Positions 41,929 to 52,235 of a DNA stretch of 64,000 nucleotides are shown piece by piece (the first letter of the stretch is position 1; each line of letters begins with the position of its first letter). The stretch is from an uncultured Clostridium sp. (GTDB taxonomy: Bacteria; Bacillota; Clostridia; TANB77; CAG-508), in the NCBI GenBank assembly GCA_947567695.1, contig CANONT010000003.1, positions 4,768 through 68,767 of the forward strand. Reading direction: 5' to 3'. The position numbers and the translations under genes are program-made. Under the pieces are notes generated by a model. It worked only from the letters and a program-made list of their open reading frames with translations. It made no database searches and had not been told where the DNA came from.

Positions 41929-42909
41929 TTAAATCATTTTCAATCCAATCACGCTCAAAACTAAGGTAATCAAACTAAATATAATGACTACTTTACTTTC
42001 CTTCCAGCCAACTAATTCAAAGTGATGATGTAATGGTGCCATTTTGAAAAATCTTTTTCCTGTCTTTTTAAAATAGATCACTTGTATCATAACAGAAAGT
42101 GTCTCTAATACGGGAACTAAGGCTATGACGATAAGTAATAATGGCATTTTTAAATATAAAGCTATGGCAGAAATAACGCCACCTAAAAGTAGTGAACCAG
42201 TATCTCCCATAAATACTTTGGCTGGGTGTAAATTGAACATTAAAAATCCTAATACTGCACCAATTACAATACTTCCAAAAATAGATATTTCTTTCATTTC
42301 TGCCATCATTCCTATTACTGTCAAGCAAGTAATAATAATAGCAGAAACACTAGAAGAAAGCCCATCAATACCATCTGTTAAATTAATGGCATTAGTCGTT
42401 GCTAAAATAACAATAATAGCAAATGGAATATATAAATAAATTGGTATATTAATATATATTTTCAAAATAGGAATATATGTATCAGTTCCTATATGTAATC
42501 CCTGTACTAAATAAACCACATAGATAACAGATATTAATAATAATCCTAGCATTTTATAACTTGGTTTTAAACCTTTTGTGTTTTTTAAAACTAATTTTTT
42601 AAAATCATCAATAAAACCAATTAAACCAAATCCTATTGTTAATATTAGCATAGGAATTAATCGATTAGCTGTTTCATTTTTCCCTTGTGTACTTAAAAAG
42701 ATGTAGGTACCAGTTACTACTAAAATCATAGTAATAATTACAATAATGCCACCCATCGTTGGTGTTCCTTGTTTTTTTAAATGAGATTGTGGTCCATCAT
42801 CTCTTTCGATTTGTCCTACTTTCAATTTTTTCAATATTGGTATGATAATAAACCCCAATACAATGGCTGTTATAAATGCTATCATTAACATACTTGTTTC
42901 AATTCTCAT
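41929..42909 (-). CDS. mraY: Phospho-N-acetylmuramoyl-pentapeptide transferase
   Basis: GTPTMGG, NAINLTDGIDGL, FMGDTGSLLLGG and APLHHHFE motifs. Confidence 0.93.
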   Translation of the reverse strand: MRIETSMLMIAFITAIVLGFIIIPILKKLKVGQIERDDGPQSHLKKQGTPTMGGIIVIITMILVVTGTYIFLSTQGKNETANRLIPMLILTIGFGLIGFIDDFKKLVLKNTKGLKPSYKMLGLLLISVIYVVYLVQGLHIGTDTYIPILKIYINIPIYLYIPFAIIVILATTNAINLTDGIDGLSSSVSAIIITCLTVIGMMAEMKEISIFGSIVIGAVLGFLMFNLHPAKVFMGDTGSLLLGGVISAIALYLKMPLLLIVIALVPVLETLSVMIQVIYFKKTGKRFFKMAPLHHHFELVGWKESKVVIIFSLITLVLSVIGLKMI

Positions 42910-44375
42910 AATTCCTCCATAATCTCATTCACAATTACTCTTTCATCATAAGGAAACTTTTCGCCATTTATCTCTTGATATGGCTCATGACCTTTTCCTG
43001 CAAGGATAATAATATCTCTTTTCGTTGCCATTTGAATTGCTTCTTTAATAGCCTCTGTTCGATCCACCACTACTTTATATTTTCCTTTTGTCTTTTTCAT
43101 TCCTTCTTCGATTTGATTAATAATCTCTTCTGGTTTTTCCGTTCTTGGATTATCTGATGTAATAACGGTAAAGTCTGCAATTCTACCTGATATTTCTCCC
43201 ATAATTGGTCTTTTTCCAGTATCTCTGTCACCACCACATCCAAACACACAAATGACTTTTCCTTTTGTATAACTTTTTACCGCTTGCAATATATTTTCTA
43301 AACTTTCTGGTGAATGAGCATAATCTATCATAATTGGTATTTCCTTTTTATTATCAACCAGTTCGGATCTTCCTGGTACCCTTACTTCGGTTAATGCTTC
43401 TTTTATTACTTCAGGTGATATGGCAAATTTTTGTGCCACACAAATAGCAGCTAATGAATTATAGACACTAAACCTTCCTGGTATGCTAGTTTTTACCCTT
43501 TCATTTCTTTCTGTTATTTTTACTTTAAAATCCACATAAGAATTCGTAATAGTAATGTCTTTTGCTAAAAGATTTGCAAAATTATCAATTCCATATGTTA
43601 CAATATTGCTATCTGGAAATAATTTTGGTATTTTAGCTCCATATAAATCATCTGCATTGGTAATTCCTATTTTGCACATTTCAAATAATTTTAGTTTAGA
43701 ATGGAAGTAGTCCTCCATATCTGGATGTTCTTTTTCACTAATATGATCTTCTGAAAAATTGGTAAATAATACGATATCAAATTCGCAACCATCTACCCTG
43801 TGTAATTTTAAGCTTTGTGAAGATACCTCCATTACAACAGCTTCTACTCCTGCTTTTACCATTTCGGCAAATTCTCTTTGTAATTCTATACTTTCTGGCG
43901 TTGTTCTATCACTATCTTTTACTTTTTTTCCATTTCTATAAGTCGCAATTGTACCAATTAATCCTACCTTTTTTCCTGCTTTTTCTAAAATCTCTTTTAT
44001 CATAAAAGTAGTAGTAGTTTTCCCTTTTGTTCCTGTTACTCCTATTAATTTAAACTTTCTGGATGGATTATCGTAAAAATTAGAAGAACAGATAGCCAAG
44101 GCTTCTCTTGTGTTTTTTGCCATAACAATCGTAATACCTTCTGGTATAGCCAATGCCTTTAAGTCACAACCTTCTTCTACCATAACGGCAATAGCACCTT
44201 TTTTAATCGCATCGGCAATATATTGATGTCCATCTACATCAAAGCCTTTTATAGCAACAAATAAATAATTTTTCTTTACTGCTTTAGAATTACTTTCTAT
44301 CCCTTTTATTTCTAGTTCTAAATCTCCTTTTACTTTTAACCCTTCTAACCCAATTAACATCTCTTTTAATTTCAT
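42906..44375 (-). CDS. murE: UDP-N-acetylmuramoyl-L-alanyl-D-glutamate--2,6-diaminopimelate ligase
   Basis: GVTGTKGKTTT P-loop and DNPR motif. The preferred start is ATG 44375, 9 nt after AAAGGA; the ORF track gives 44399. Confidence 0.88.
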   Translation of the reverse strand: MKLKEMLIGLEGLKVKGDLELEIKGIESNSKAVKKNYLFVAIKGFDVDGHQYIADAIKKGAIAVMVEEGCDLKALAIPEGITIVMAKNTREALAICSSNFYDNPSRKFKLIGVTGTKGKTTTTFMIKEILEKAGKKVGLIGTIATYRNGKKVKDSDRTTPESIELQREFAEMVKAGVEAVVMEVSSQSLKLHRVDGCEFDIVLFTNFSEDHISEKEHPDMEDYFHSKLKLFEMCKIGITNADDLYGAKIPKLFPDSNIVTYGIDNFANLLAKDITITNSYVDFKVKITERNERVKTSIPGRFSVYNSLAAICVAQKFAISPEVIKEALTEVRVPGRSELVDNKKEIPIMIDYAHSPESLENILQAVKSYTKGKVICVFGCGGDRDTGKRPIMGEISGRIADFTVITSDNPRTEKPEEIINQIEEGMKKTKGKYKVVVDRTEAIKEAIQMATKRDIIILAGKGHEPYQEINGEKFPYDERVIVNEIMEEL

Positions 44376-44507
44376 TTTTTTCATTCCTTTCAGGTACATT
44401 TAATCTAATAAAAGATTTAGATTAAAGTTAAATAGCAATATTTTTTACATTATATAACTAAATTAGTTTTTTGTATAGTTTTTTGCAGATTTTTTTGAGA
44501 AAAAATC

Positions 44508-44722
44508 GTTACTGATCAGCCTTGCTCCTATATTTTTAGTGTGAAAGCTTACTATATGATTTTTGAAATACCGCATAAGCGACTAAACGAGTGAAACGAG
44601 TGCGATTGGAGTAACTTACAGACTAGTATCTTTTATTCTGGAAGTTGCGACACACAAGGTATGAAAAAATCATATAGTAAGCTTTCATACAAGAGAAATA
44701 AATAATAAGGCTGACTAGTAAC
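44508..44722. repeat. Foldback repeat family A, copy 2 (between pyrI and murE)
   Basis: It shares the conserved core with copy 1 (GCATAAGCGACTAAACGAGTGAAACGAGTGCGATTGGAGTAAC...GTTGCGACACACAAGGT) but has its own inverted arms. Confidence 0.75.
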
Positions 44723-44769
44723 AAAAAATCCCCTAATATATCTTATTAAGAGATTTCTTTTTTATTCTA

Positions 44770-45186
44770 TTATTTCAAACTCATTTCACAATATTGGCAA
44801 CGATAAACTTGATTCTCTTTATCTGTTAAAGTAAAAATTTGATCTAAATCTTTTTCTATTGAAGTAATACATCTTGGATTTTGGCATTTAGCCATATTGA
44901 CAATCCTTTCTGGCAACTTTACACGATACTTATCTACCAATTTATCGTCTTTTACAATATTAATCGTAGCATTTGGCTCTATAAAACCTATCATATCCAT
45001 ATTAATTTCCATATCTTTATCAATTTTTATAATATCTTTTCTTCCCATTTTTTTACTTTTTGCATTTGTGATAATAGCAACCGAACAATCTAAATCTTTT
45101 AAATTAAGTAACTCATAAATTTCCATTCCTCTTTTCGCTTGAATATGATCAATTACAATTCCATTTTTAATACTATCAATATTCAT
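44770..45186 (-). CDS. pyrI: Aspartate carbamoyltransferase regulatory subunit
   Basis: 138 aa with a C-terminal zinc domain CQNPRC...CQYC. Confidence 0.88.
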   Translation of the reverse strand: MNIDSIKNGIVIDHIQAKRGMEIYELLNLKDLDCSVAIITNAKSKKMGRKDIIKIDKDMEINMDMIGFIEPNATINIVKDDKLVDKYRVKLPERIVNMAKCQNPRCITSIEKDLDQIFTLTDKENQVYRCQYCEMSLK

Positions 45187-46101
45187 CTATTTGACCTCCA
45201 ATAATTTCAAAATAAGCGCCATTCTAATATACTTTCCATACTCTGCTTGTTTAAAATAGCAAGCTCTTTTATCATCATCTACATCTGTTGCAATCTCATT
45301 CACCCTTGGTAAAGGATGCATAATACATAAATCTTCTTTGGCATGATTTAATTTTTCTTTGTTTAAAATGTAATAATCTTTTAATCGAATATAATCATCT
45401 TCATTGAAAAATCTCTCTTTTTGCACCCTTGTCATATATAACACATCTAATTGATCCATATATTCTTCTATATCATTCGTCTCACAATATTCTATGTCAT
45501 TCTTCTCTAACACATCTTTTTTAATATATTCTGGAATCACAAGTTCTTTTGGCGAAATTAATACAAATTTAATATTTTTATATCTTGACATCGCAGTAAT
45601 TAAAGAATGTACTGTTCTTCCAAATTTCAAATCACCACAAAGTCCAATGGTTAAATTATCTAATCTATTTTTCTCACATTGAATTGTCAATAAATCTGTC
45701 AGCGTTTGTGTTGGATGATTATGCCCCCCATCACCTGCATTAATAATTGGTACAATTGATTTCTGTGATGCTACTAGTGGAGCACCTTCCTTTGGATGTC
45801 TCATGGCAATAATATCACTATAAGCACCTACTACTCTTATAGTATCTGCTACACTCTCTCCTTTTGATACAGAGCTTGAAGATGCCTCTGAAAAGCCAAG
45901 TACATTTCCTCCCAATTCCATCATGGCTGCTTCAAAACTAAGTCTTGTTCTTGTGCTTGGTTCAAAAAATAAAGTAGCTATCTTTTTGCCATCGCATTTA
46001 TGAGAATACTCCTGTTTATGACTCATGATATCTTTTGCTACTTCTATTAATTCTTCTATTTCTTTAATAGATAAATCTTTAATATCAATTAAATGTTTCA
46101 T
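45187..46101 (-). CDS. pyrB: Aspartate carbamoyltransferase catalytic subunit
   Basis: STRTR, HPTQ and HPLPR motifs are all present. Confidence 0.93.
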   Translation of the reverse strand: MKHLIDIKDLSIKEIEELIEVAKDIMSHKQEYSHKCDGKKIATLFFEPSTRTRLSFEAAMMELGGNVLGFSEASSSSVSKGESVADTIRVVGAYSDIIAMRHPKEGAPLVASQKSIVPIINAGDGGHNHPTQTLTDLLTIQCEKNRLDNLTIGLCGDLKFGRTVHSLITAMSRYKNIKFVLISPKELVIPEYIKKDVLEKNDIEYCETNDIEEYMDQLDVLYMTRVQKERFFNEDDYIRLKDYYILNKEKLNHAKEDLCIMHPLPRVNEIATDVDDDKRACYFKQAEYGKYIRMALILKLLEVK

Positions 46102-46144
46102 ATTTTTTCCTTCCTTAAAATAAATTGTGACAATTTCACTCTAT

Positions 46145-46178
46145 CTATTTTTATCAAAAAAAGCATGTTTTTGTCAAG
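46145..46178 (-). promoter_or_regulatory. Candidate sigma-A promoter for pyrBI
   Basis: On the minus strand, TTGACA (46177-46172), a 16-nt spacer, then a TGATAA -10-like hexamer (46156-46151). Confidence 0.4.
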
Positions 46179-46197
46179 AGGAAAAGAAGGTCAGTTA

Positions 46198-46512
46198 TTA
46201 AAATCCCGTTTCTTCCCACTTAGCATAAATTTTACTTCCTTTTTTTATCATAATTCCTGCTTTTGGTACTTGTTCTTTCACAATAGCATTTTGTTTCTCT
46301 AGCTCTTCTGTTTCCCCTTCAATTACTAACTCTATTTCACTTTCTTTTGCTATTTTTTGTGATTCTGCTAATGTTTTTCCTAATAAATCTGGTGTTTTAA
46401 TTTCTTCTATCACCTCTACTTCTTCTTGATTTCCTTGATTTACTTCTAAATATGGTAAAATCTCACTAAAAATCTGTCCACCAACAGGTGCTGCCACACC
46501 ACCTCCTTGGTG
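46198..46512 (-). CDS. spoVD: 3' segment of the interrupted class B PBP gene (spoVD-type): end of the transpeptidase domain plus one PASTA domain
   Basis: HQGGGVAAPVGGQIFSEILPYLEV... aligns with residues of the intact paralog at 60930..63233. There is no independent RBS or start. Confidence 0.8.
   Translation of the reverse strand, partial: HQGGGVAAPVGGQIFSEILPYLEVNQGNQEEVEVIEEIKTPDLLGKTLAESQKIAKESEIELVIEGETEELEKQNAIVKEQVPKAGIMIKKGSKIYAKWEETGF
46500..46512. repeat. Left copy of the 13-bp direct repeat (attL core) CACCTCCTTGGTG
   Basis: Identical 13-mer at 53596-53608. It lies exactly at the point where PBP homology breaks. Confidence 0.8.
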
Positions 46513-46568
46513 CATTTTGTCGCTACACAAAGTTTAACTTAATTTTAACATTGATTGTAGCTACAGTT

Positions 46569-48282
46569 TTATGCTTCTTTTACTCTTTCAAAGATACTTA
46601 CTTTATTTTCATCTTCTATGTACTCTAATATTTTATTTAGTTCATTCATAAACTTAAAATGAATGGTTATTTTTTTATTCTCATGTACCTCTATGTAATC
46701 AATTAATTCTGTTATAATGTCTCTGTCCAATTCAGTTATATTTTTATGTGCTTTAAAGTTTTCTATCCATAGGCTATTTCCATTTATAATTTCTTCTTGT
46801 TTTTCTTTTTGTTTATCTAAATTCGCCATTATTTCTTTTATTCTTTCAATATCTTGTTCATATTTTTGTTTATACTCTAAATATTCATCTTTTGTTATAT
46901 AATCGTTTTTCCAGTCCTCATATAAACATCTTTTCAAATTATTTAATTTTTCTATCTCTTTTTCTTTTGCTTGTTTTATATTTTCCATATTCTCATTTGC
47001 TAGTTTTTTAGTATCTGATTTATTTATTTGTTCTAGTAATTTTTCAGTGTCAACCAATAAGCCTATATGTAATTTAATTGTTTCTAATACTGCCTTTTCT
47101 AATTCTTCCACTTTTAGAGTATGCTTTGTGCATAACTTATTTGACTTTTTTCTGTATGTACCACATATATAGTATTCATAAACTGTCCCACTTTTATTTT
47201 TACAATATTTTTTATGCATTGCACGCCCACAATCTGCACATTTTAGTGTTCCAGCCCACACACTAAGTTCTCCACTATCTTGTACTCTAGTATCAACTTT
47301 TCTTAATCCTTGTGCCTTTTCGAACAATTCTTTACCTATAATTGATTCATGCATATTTTCTACTGTAATCCATTCATCTTTTGGTACTTGCTCTACTTTA
47401 TGAACTTTATAACTTTTTACTCTTCTTTTCCCTTGTGTAATATTTCCTATGTAAATATCATTTTTTAATATGTTTCTAACTGTTGATGGACACCATGAAT
47501 AATCTTCTTGCATAATTTGAGAATTATTATAATTTTGATTTAACTTCTTCTTTTTATAACCTGTTGGATTTAAAACTCCCATATCATTTAATCTGTGACA
47601 TATGCTTAAATTTCCTAAACCTTCATTTACTTTCCATTCAAAAATTTTTCTTACAATTTCGGCTGACTCTTTATCAATGATTAACTTATGATTATCTTCT
47701 GGATCTTTTATATATCCATAAGATGGAAATGCTCCTACAAATTCTCCGTTTTCTCTTTCTTCCATTTAATGCTGACCTTATTTTTATTGATGTATCTCTA
47801 CAATATTCATCATTTATTAAGTTCTTAAATGGTACTAATATTGTATTTGTACTAGTAGGATTTTTAAAGCTATCTACACTATCATTGATAGCAATAAACC
47901 TAATATTAAATAGTGGAAATATTTGCTCTATGTAATTACCAACTTCTATGTAGTTTCTTCCAAGTCTTGATAAATCTTTAACTAGTACACAATTTATATT
48001 TCCTTTTCTCATATCTTCTAATAACCTTTGAAATCCTGGTCTATTAAAATCTGTTCCTGTATAACCATCATCCACATAAGTATCATAAACAATCAAATCA
48101 TCATGTTCTTCTATAAATTCATTTAATAATGCTTTTTGGCTCGTAATACTGTTACTTTCTTGCTTGTCTTCCCCATTGTCACTATCTTCTTGTGAGAGTC
48201 TTATATATACTGCCACTGACCATATCTTTGCTTTATTAGTGCTTGAATTTTCTGAAGAATATTTTGATTTTCTCCCAGCCAT
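46569..48282 (-). CDS. Large serine recombinase (TnpX/SpoIVCA-like); the frame is broken once, at in-frame CGG 47746..47748
   Basis: N-terminal resolvase domain (AVYIRLSQEDS, VKDLSRLGRN), a recombinase domain, a zinc ribbon (CADCG...C) and a coiled-coil C-terminus. A +1 shift gives RKRK-G-EFVGAFPSYGYIKDPEDNHKLIID. Confidence 0.85.
47746..47748 (-). other. Frame-break site 7 (serine recombinase): AGA AAA CGG A-GAA; resumes at GGA
   Basis: Two-frame translation across the site. Confidence 0.8.
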
Positions 48283-48406
48283 TATTGTTTCTTTCCTCCC
48301 TTCTCTATATAGTATAACGTGTCCAAATTTAAAAATCAGCCCAATTTGCTGAAACTGTTAAAATTTATTTGTTACAGTTTAAGAAATGCAAAATTACAAA
48401 GTAACT

Positions 48407-48553
48407 TTACTTTCCTATTTTTTGTCTCAAAATACTCAATATACATTCTTCAATTTCTTTATTACTAGCATACTTCATCTCCACCAACATATCTCCAACT
48501 TGTAATTGATATGAATCGTTATTATTAACTAAACATTCATATTTTTTCTTCAT
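48407..48553 (-). CDS. Small ORF (48 aa) upstream of the recombinase; possible directionality or accessory factor
   Basis: ATG preceded by an AAAGAGGT RBS; sequence MKKKYECLVNNNDSYQLQVGDMLVEMKYASNKEIEECILSILRQKIGK. The function is a guess. Confidence 0.35.
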   Translation of the reverse strand: MKKKYECLVNNNDSYQLQVGDMLVEMKYASNKEIEECILSILRQKIGK

Positions 48554-48750
48554 ATTTTCATTACCTCTTTTATTTTGATATTTAAGTTTATTATGTGGAG
48601 AAAAATTTTATTACTTTTTTTCTCTCTACTAAGTAAATGTCACTTAGAACTCAAAAATCGGTAATCTTTCTAAAAATTTGCAAAAAAATAACTAGATAAT
48701 TAGTTTCTTACTAATTTCTAGTTATTCTTATTACTTGTATATCTTATTAT

Positions 48751-49299
48751 TTAAAATAAACATGCTTGCACAAATTGATTAACATCTCTTTTAGGTAATA
48801 ATTTCTTCAGTTTACTATCTAACTTTACATTCATGTTTAAGAAATTATTTAAGTCTTTCATTGTTTTAAATTGGTAGAACTTTTGATTAGGTGTATAATA
48901 TAAAATTACCTCTTTCTCTAAATTTAATAGGTTAATCATATTATTAAATGTTCCTTTACTTTTACCATTCCAAATCATAAATCCTATATTTGCTCTCTTT
49001 GCCATTTCTAAATCTTTTTGAGCATAAAAATCAAATCCTGTTACATTATCATCTACTTTTACTGTTTCTATTTTCCAATCCCCATAATTATTTCTTGCAA
49101 TTCCCTTACTTGCAAACACTGTAACATTTCTGTACGACTTTAATTGTAAAAATCTTTGTATACTACTATCTATTCCATCTGCATCTCCAACTAAAATATC
49201 GTAATTTTTCTCACAAATACTCTTTAATTTTATATTAATGTTTTCATCTAGCTCTTTAATAGCTCTAGGTCCTGCTATAAAAACTTTCAAACTTCTCAC
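48751..49299 (-). CDS. SLOG/DprA-like Rossmann-fold protein (ShosA-like candidate)
   Basis: KVFIAGPR..., VGDADGIDSSIQ (GxxxGxD) and MIWNGKSKGT (G-x-S/G-x-GT) resemble the SLOG/DprA/LOG superfamily. It overlaps the upstream PRTase gene by 4 nt. Confidence 0.45.
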   Translation of the reverse strand: MRSLKVFIAGPRAIKELDENINIKLKSICEKNYDILVGDADGIDSSIQRFLQLKSYRNVTVFASKGIARNNYGDWKIETVKVDDNVTGFDFYAQKDLEMAKRANIGFMIWNGKSKGTFNNMINLLNLEKEVILYYTPNQKFYQFKTMKDLNNFLNMNVKLDSKLKKLLPKRDVNQFVQACLF

Positions 49300-49859
49300 C
49301 CCTTTGTTTTAGTCATAGCTAAACAATATATATTTTTTACATTTCTATCTTTTCTCAGAGTTTTACATGTTTCATTTAATGTTGCTCCTGTGCTATATAA
49401 ATCATCTATTACTAATACATTTGATGGTCGTTCTAATTTTACAGTCTGTTTTATCATACCACTAATATCATAACCATCTTTTACTTGTAGATTACTCTCT
49501 TTTGATAATACATCTAATTTACATTCTTTACTTAGAAATTTTGCTATTTCTTTAGTCATTTCAAATACTGGTTGGTATTCTCTTGTTTTATTAGATGGTG
49601 GAACTGGTATAACTATATCAATTTTTTCTTTCAATTGCCACTTGTCTAAAATATCTTTTATTAAATTCATTATTTTAGGCAAACTTTCTTTGTCTTTTTG
49701 ATATTTAAATTTATATATCAATTCTCCGATTTCTGTTCTTGTATTTTCAAATTTCTCTTTTCCATTTTCATCATATCCTAAAAATACACTTTTTAGCATA
49801 TGATTATCTAGCACAATTCCTTCATCCCATGCTCCATAAATTCTAACTGGATTTAACAA
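49296..49859 (-). CDS. Phosphoribosyltransferase-domain protein (ComF/ShosT-like candidate)
   Basis: PRPP-binding loop VLVIDDLYSTGATLNE; 187 aa. Confidence 0.6.
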   Translation of the reverse strand: MLNPVRIYGAWDEGIVLDNHMLKSVFLGYDENGKEKFENTRTEIGELIYKFKYQKDKESLPKIMNLIKDILDKWQLKEKIDIVIPVPPSNKTREYQPVFEMTKEIAKFLSKECKLDVLSKESNLQVKDGYDISGMIKQTVKLERPSNVLVIDDLYSTGATLNETCKTLRKDRNVKNIYCLAMTKTKG

Positions 49860-50064
49860 TATAATTTCACTCCTCTAAGTTTTATCTATTTTTTCAATAT
49901 TATAGTTATTTTCACATTTTTTGCTAACCTTAATAGTATATATCTATTTTATTCTCTTTTCCTTTACTCTATATTATCATAAAATACCTCTATTATCAAT
50001 ATTTTTCAAATAAAATGGTATGAAACAAATCCGATTATATATGTTTTATCTGCTATTTTCTATA

Positions 50065-50406
50065 TTATAAATCTATTTCTTTACCATTTTGTTCTAACTG
50101 ATTAACAATTGCATTTTCTCTTATTCCTGAAGAATCATCTCCATTTAATCCATTTCTAGAACTGAATAATACTTTTAATCTATCTAGATAATCATCATAA
50201 TCATATGTTTTACACCTTTCAAGATATTCATCAGATTTTTCTGGATAAGAACTTTTTATTTTTTTAGTCACTCTTGCAAATTTTTCAATCCCTTGATTAA
50301 AAGTATTAATATCAGAGGCTATGATTGTTCCAATAACTTCTTCTAGTAATTTCTTTACTTTTACTTCAGAAAAAATTTCATTTCTTACATTTTTTAGCAA
50401 TCCCAT
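50065..50406 (-). CDS. Hypothetical protein (113 aa), translationally coupled to the upstream 558-aa gene
   Basis: TAA-ATG junction at 50406/50407; no recognisable domain. Confidence 0.4.
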   Translation of the reverse strand: MGLLKNVRNEIFSEVKVKKLLEEVIGTIIASDINTFNQGIEKFARVTKKIKSSYPEKSDEYLERCKTYDYDDYLDRLKVLFSSRNGLNGDDSSGIRENAIVNQLEQNGKEIDL

Positions 50407-52083
50407 TTATGCTGCTCTATTATTTTCTATTTTATGTATGATTTCTGGAATTAAATCCATTCTTTTTTCTTCTTTAACAGTTTTAACCATTTCTTGAACC
50501 TTTTCGAATTCTAATTTTGTACATTGAGTTCCATCTATTACAGCAATTGGAATGCCTAATTCAGCTGCCATTCTTTTTGTTTCTTGCCATCTATCATTTT
50601 TCTTGTCATTAATATCATCAATAGTTTCTGCTATAAATACTGCAAAAGTAGGATTTCTATTTATTAGTTTGCCATTTCTTTCTACTTTTCTTTCAACAAA
50701 TAATTCATTATATATTTTAGAAGAATTTTTTTCATTTTGTGGTATTAGAAACTTATTTCCTTCTAAATCTTCCCATGTTTCAAAAGGAGACTCAATAGTT
50801 CCAGCATCTTGATTACTAGCTCTTAGTAATTCGTTTTCTTCGATATCCGAAAAAGCTAATAGGTAATTCTCATCAACGACTCCAAGAAAATCATTTCCTA
50901 TATAGGAACACGAAATAGTATGATTTTTATCTGCTCTATCCCAATCAGCTTTTAAATCATCGTAATTATGATTTAAGTAATAAATTCCTCCCAGCGAAGT
51001 CAAAATCATGTTAAAGTCAGTTCTATCATTATTTTTACCTAAAACATTATATATTTTTACATCCGATTTCTTTCCTTTCGTTTTCACCCTTTGTGTGCCA
51101 ATATAGTCTTCTTCATTAATTTGATATAAAGTTTCTTGATATTTGTGCAAATAAGTATTTCTTAAATTTGATACAATATTAATTGTCCCTTCATAATTAG
51201 CATAATCTTCATCTAGATTGATTTTCTTTAAGCTATCAAGATTATCCTCTTCTAATATAGCCTTCAATTCTTTAATGATTCTTGTGTCTTCTGATTTTTC
51301 AATCTTTTCTATGTCATTCCCAAAGGTACTACATAGAATTTTTGCTTTTTCTAGGCTCATTCCATATTTTGCTTCAATAATTCCATATCTTATTTTGTCT
51401 AAATCACTTGAATTTTGCAATTCATATAATAATCCAAATGGAAAAAAAGATATTTCTTCTTCAGAATTCATGTTTTTTTCGTATTCTTCTTCCACTATTT
51501 TAGGATTATCTATTATCTGCTTACACATTTCTTTTCTTTTTTCATAGTAATCATTTAAATTATTTAAATGAAATGCACTATCTCTATCACTTAGTATGAT
51601 ACTAATTGCTTTTAATCTATCTTTTTCACTTAAGCTTTGTAATTCTTCCAAGTTTAAATTTTTACAAGAAAATGTATATAGACTTCCAATTCGTTGATTA
51701 AAATCTACTAAATTATAGTTTAATAGATAAGCATACGTCTGTAATTCTTCCTTAGGTAGTTCTAATATATTTTGTTGTAAAGATTCAGAAGTAATGATTC
51801 TTTCCAATTTAGTTTTACTAAATAAATTCAAAAAATCTTTGTCTAACATTCTGATATCTATAGTTTCGAGTAAATTATTATTTCTCGTTAGTAAATCTTT
51901 TAGTAATTCCTTAACTTCTTTTTGCTCTAATTCATTGGGGAATTCTCTGATTATTTTATCTTCAATATCTTTATCCCATAGCTTAGAAGTAGTAAATTTG
52001 CTTTTGATTTTATTGGAAATATTAACAAACCATTTTCTAATAAGATTATTCTTATATTTTACTAATTGATTATTAGTATCCAT
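50407..52083 (-). CDS. Hypothetical protein (558 aa), unknown function
   Basis: Long uninterrupted ORF in AT-rich DNA. It contains a single Rx4H motif (LRNTYLH) that could indicate HEPN, and nothing else recognisable. Confidence 0.45.
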   Translation of the reverse strand: MDTNNQLVKYKNNLIRKWFVNISNKIKSKFTTSKLWDKDIEDKIIREFPNELEQKEVKELLKDLLTRNNNLLETIDIRMLDKDFLNLFSKTKLERIITSESLQQNILELPKEELQTYAYLLNYNLVDFNQRIGSLYTFSCKNLNLEELQSLSEKDRLKAISIILSDRDSAFHLNNLNDYYEKRKEMCKQIIDNPKIVEEEYEKNMNSEEEISFFPFGLLYELQNSSDLDKIRYGIIEAKYGMSLEKAKILCSTFGNDIEKIEKSEDTRIIKELKAILEEDNLDSLKKINLDEDYANYEGTINIVSNLRNTYLHKYQETLYQINEEDYIGTQRVKTKGKKSDVKIYNVLGKNNDRTDFNMILTSLGGIYYLNHNYDDLKADWDRADKNHTISCSYIGNDFLGVVDENYLLAFSDIEENELLRASNQDAGTIESPFETWEDLEGNKFLIPQNEKNSSKIYNELFVERKVERNGKLINRNPTFAVFIAETIDDINDKKNDRWQETKRMAAELGIPIAVIDGTQCTKLEFEKVQEMVKTVKEEKRMDLIPEIIHKIENNRAA

Positions 52084-52235
52084 TATTCACCTTTTCTAAA
52101 AATATTTTTTCATTTAGATTATAGCATTGCATTTTTTATTTTACAATTCTATTTGATAAAATTTGAATTTTGCAGTGAATTATTTTGACTTGACCATTTG
52201 GGTTAAAAAGTTTATTTAGCACAATCTTCACATTT

